Part shown: positions 36,258 through 37,207 of the stretch, in pieces
Layout: each line of letters opens with the position of its first letter
Numbering within the stretch: position 1 is the stretch's first letter
Origin: Planktothrix sp. FACHB-1365
GTDB taxonomy: Bacteria; Cyanobacteriota; Cyanobacteriia; Cyanobacteriales; Microcoleaceae
Reading direction: 5' to 3'
NCBI RefSeq assembly: GCF_014697575.1
Contig: NZ_JACJSC010000008.1
Span: forward strand, 157,075 to 194,281
DNA length: 37,207 nt
Made by a program: the position numbers and the translations under genes
Notes under the pieces: model-generated
The model's input: only the letters and a program-made list of their open reading frames with translations
Told to the model about the DNA's origin: nothing
Database searches by the model: none

Positions 36258-37019
36258 ATGACTTTAGAAAATGTCGATCTTACTCCAGAAAAACTGCGTC
36301 GCTACGATAATCGTACAGGCTTCGATTTAGTGAGTTGTAAACAAGTCGGTTTACCTGTTTATAAAATTACTGTTCAAGCTCTAACTCAACTGCATAAACC
36401 AATTCCACCGATAGAAGAATATGTCTTGAAATCAATTAATGCTGGTTTATCCTCTGAAACAGATATTGCTGGATTTCTTGGCCTTGAATTGCCTATTGTC
36501 AGGGATGCAATGATCAATTTAAGGATGAGTGAGGATATAGACCTCATCGCTCCTGATGGCTCTCAGATACAGGTTTGGAAGTTGACGAAAAAAGGTGAAG
36601 GAACACTCCGCGAGGCTAAAATTATTGTTCCAGAAGAGCGAACATTTGATATCAATTTTGATGGACTTTTACGGTATCCTCGCTGGTACGGAAGGTTAGA
36701 GTCAGGTTTACTTAAGCAAAAAGACTTGCGTAATCAAGACATGATAGAAATTGATCCCTTTCCGAAAAAGTCCCCAGAAATTTCCGATCTTAAACTCAAA
36801 GATGTAGACAAAATTATTCGCCAGATTGACAAAACAAGCAAAGCGAGAGTTAAGCAAGAGCGAGACCTTTTAGCCTTGAAAGCTATTGAGCGCAGGTCGA
36901 TATTTTTTCAACCCGCTTTGATGCTGATTTATAAGGCGAAAGATAGTGATAATATTCATGTATCTTTTGCGATTGATGATGTTATTTCTAATGATCATGA
37001 AGAAATTTGGTTCTTCTAG
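36258..37019 (+). CDS. Hypothetical protein (253 aa) directly downstream of the TA pair
   Basis: ORF only. No recognisable motifs. 10-nt gap after mazF suggests co-transcription. Confidence 0.35.
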   Translation: MTLENVDLTPEKLRRYDNRTGFDLVSCKQVGLPVYKITVQALTQLHKPIPPIEEYVLKSINAGLSSETDIAGFLGLELPIVRDAMINLRMSEDIDLIAPDGSQIQVWKLTKKGEGTLREAKIIVPEERTFDINFDGLLRYPRWYGRLESGLLKQKDLRNQDMIEIDPFPKKSPEISDLKLKDVDKIIRQIDKTSKARVKQERDLLALKAIERRSIFFQPALMLIYKAKDSDNIHVSFAIDDVISNDHEEIWFF

Positions 37020-37207
37020 GCTGGTTATGATAACTTAATAATAAAGAAAAAATCAAGAAGGGAAAAATTTTTAAAGTTAAATTGAGTGAAACTGATGATG
37101 GAAGATTGACATAGACAGTATTTTATGGTATTAAATATTGACTAAATCACTAAGAAAAAAAATTTTTTTATAAAAATGCCATCTAACTCCCTACTTTATT
37201 TTATTAC

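Overview
AT-rich window with many GCGATCGC (HIP1) octamers, so almost certainly cyanobacterial. The centrepiece is a complete type III-B (Cmr) CRISPR-Cas locus at about 3.9-19.0 kb. It opens with a divergently transcribed WYL-domain regulator. A tightly coupled operon follows: cas10/cmr2 (no HD domain, GGDD cyclase motif kept), cmr3, cmr4, cmr5 and a 579-aa cmr6-cmr1 fusion. Next come two different CARF-HEPN effector genes (one Csx1-like, one Csm6-like) separated by a perfect 28-bp palindrome, then a 93-aa two-TM ORF. The locus ends with cas1-cas2, a 316-bp leader and a 38-repeat array (36-nt repeat CTCCCCACTCGCTGGGGAAATTAATTGATTGGAAAC, 37 spacers, degenerate terminal repeat). No cas6 is present in the window. 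Upstream lie a GUN4-domain protein and a DUF697 GTPase. Downstream lie housekeeping and accessory genes: M23 peptidase, Gly-zipper protein, EEP nuclease/phosphatase, PucC-like MFS transporter, alpha/beta hydrolase, cNMP-binding protein, GT-C/PMT-like glycosyltransferase, ABC exporter, GH116 glucosylceramidase-like protein. At the 3' end is a candidate defence islet: a 1150-aa Ser/Thr kinase fused to a Upf1-like SF1 helicase, a MazE/MazF-type toxin-antitoxin pair and a 253-aa unknown protein. Short dispersed hairpin repeat families and a heptanucleotide tandem repeat are also present. All calls rest on motif reading of the supplied translations; no database searches were run.
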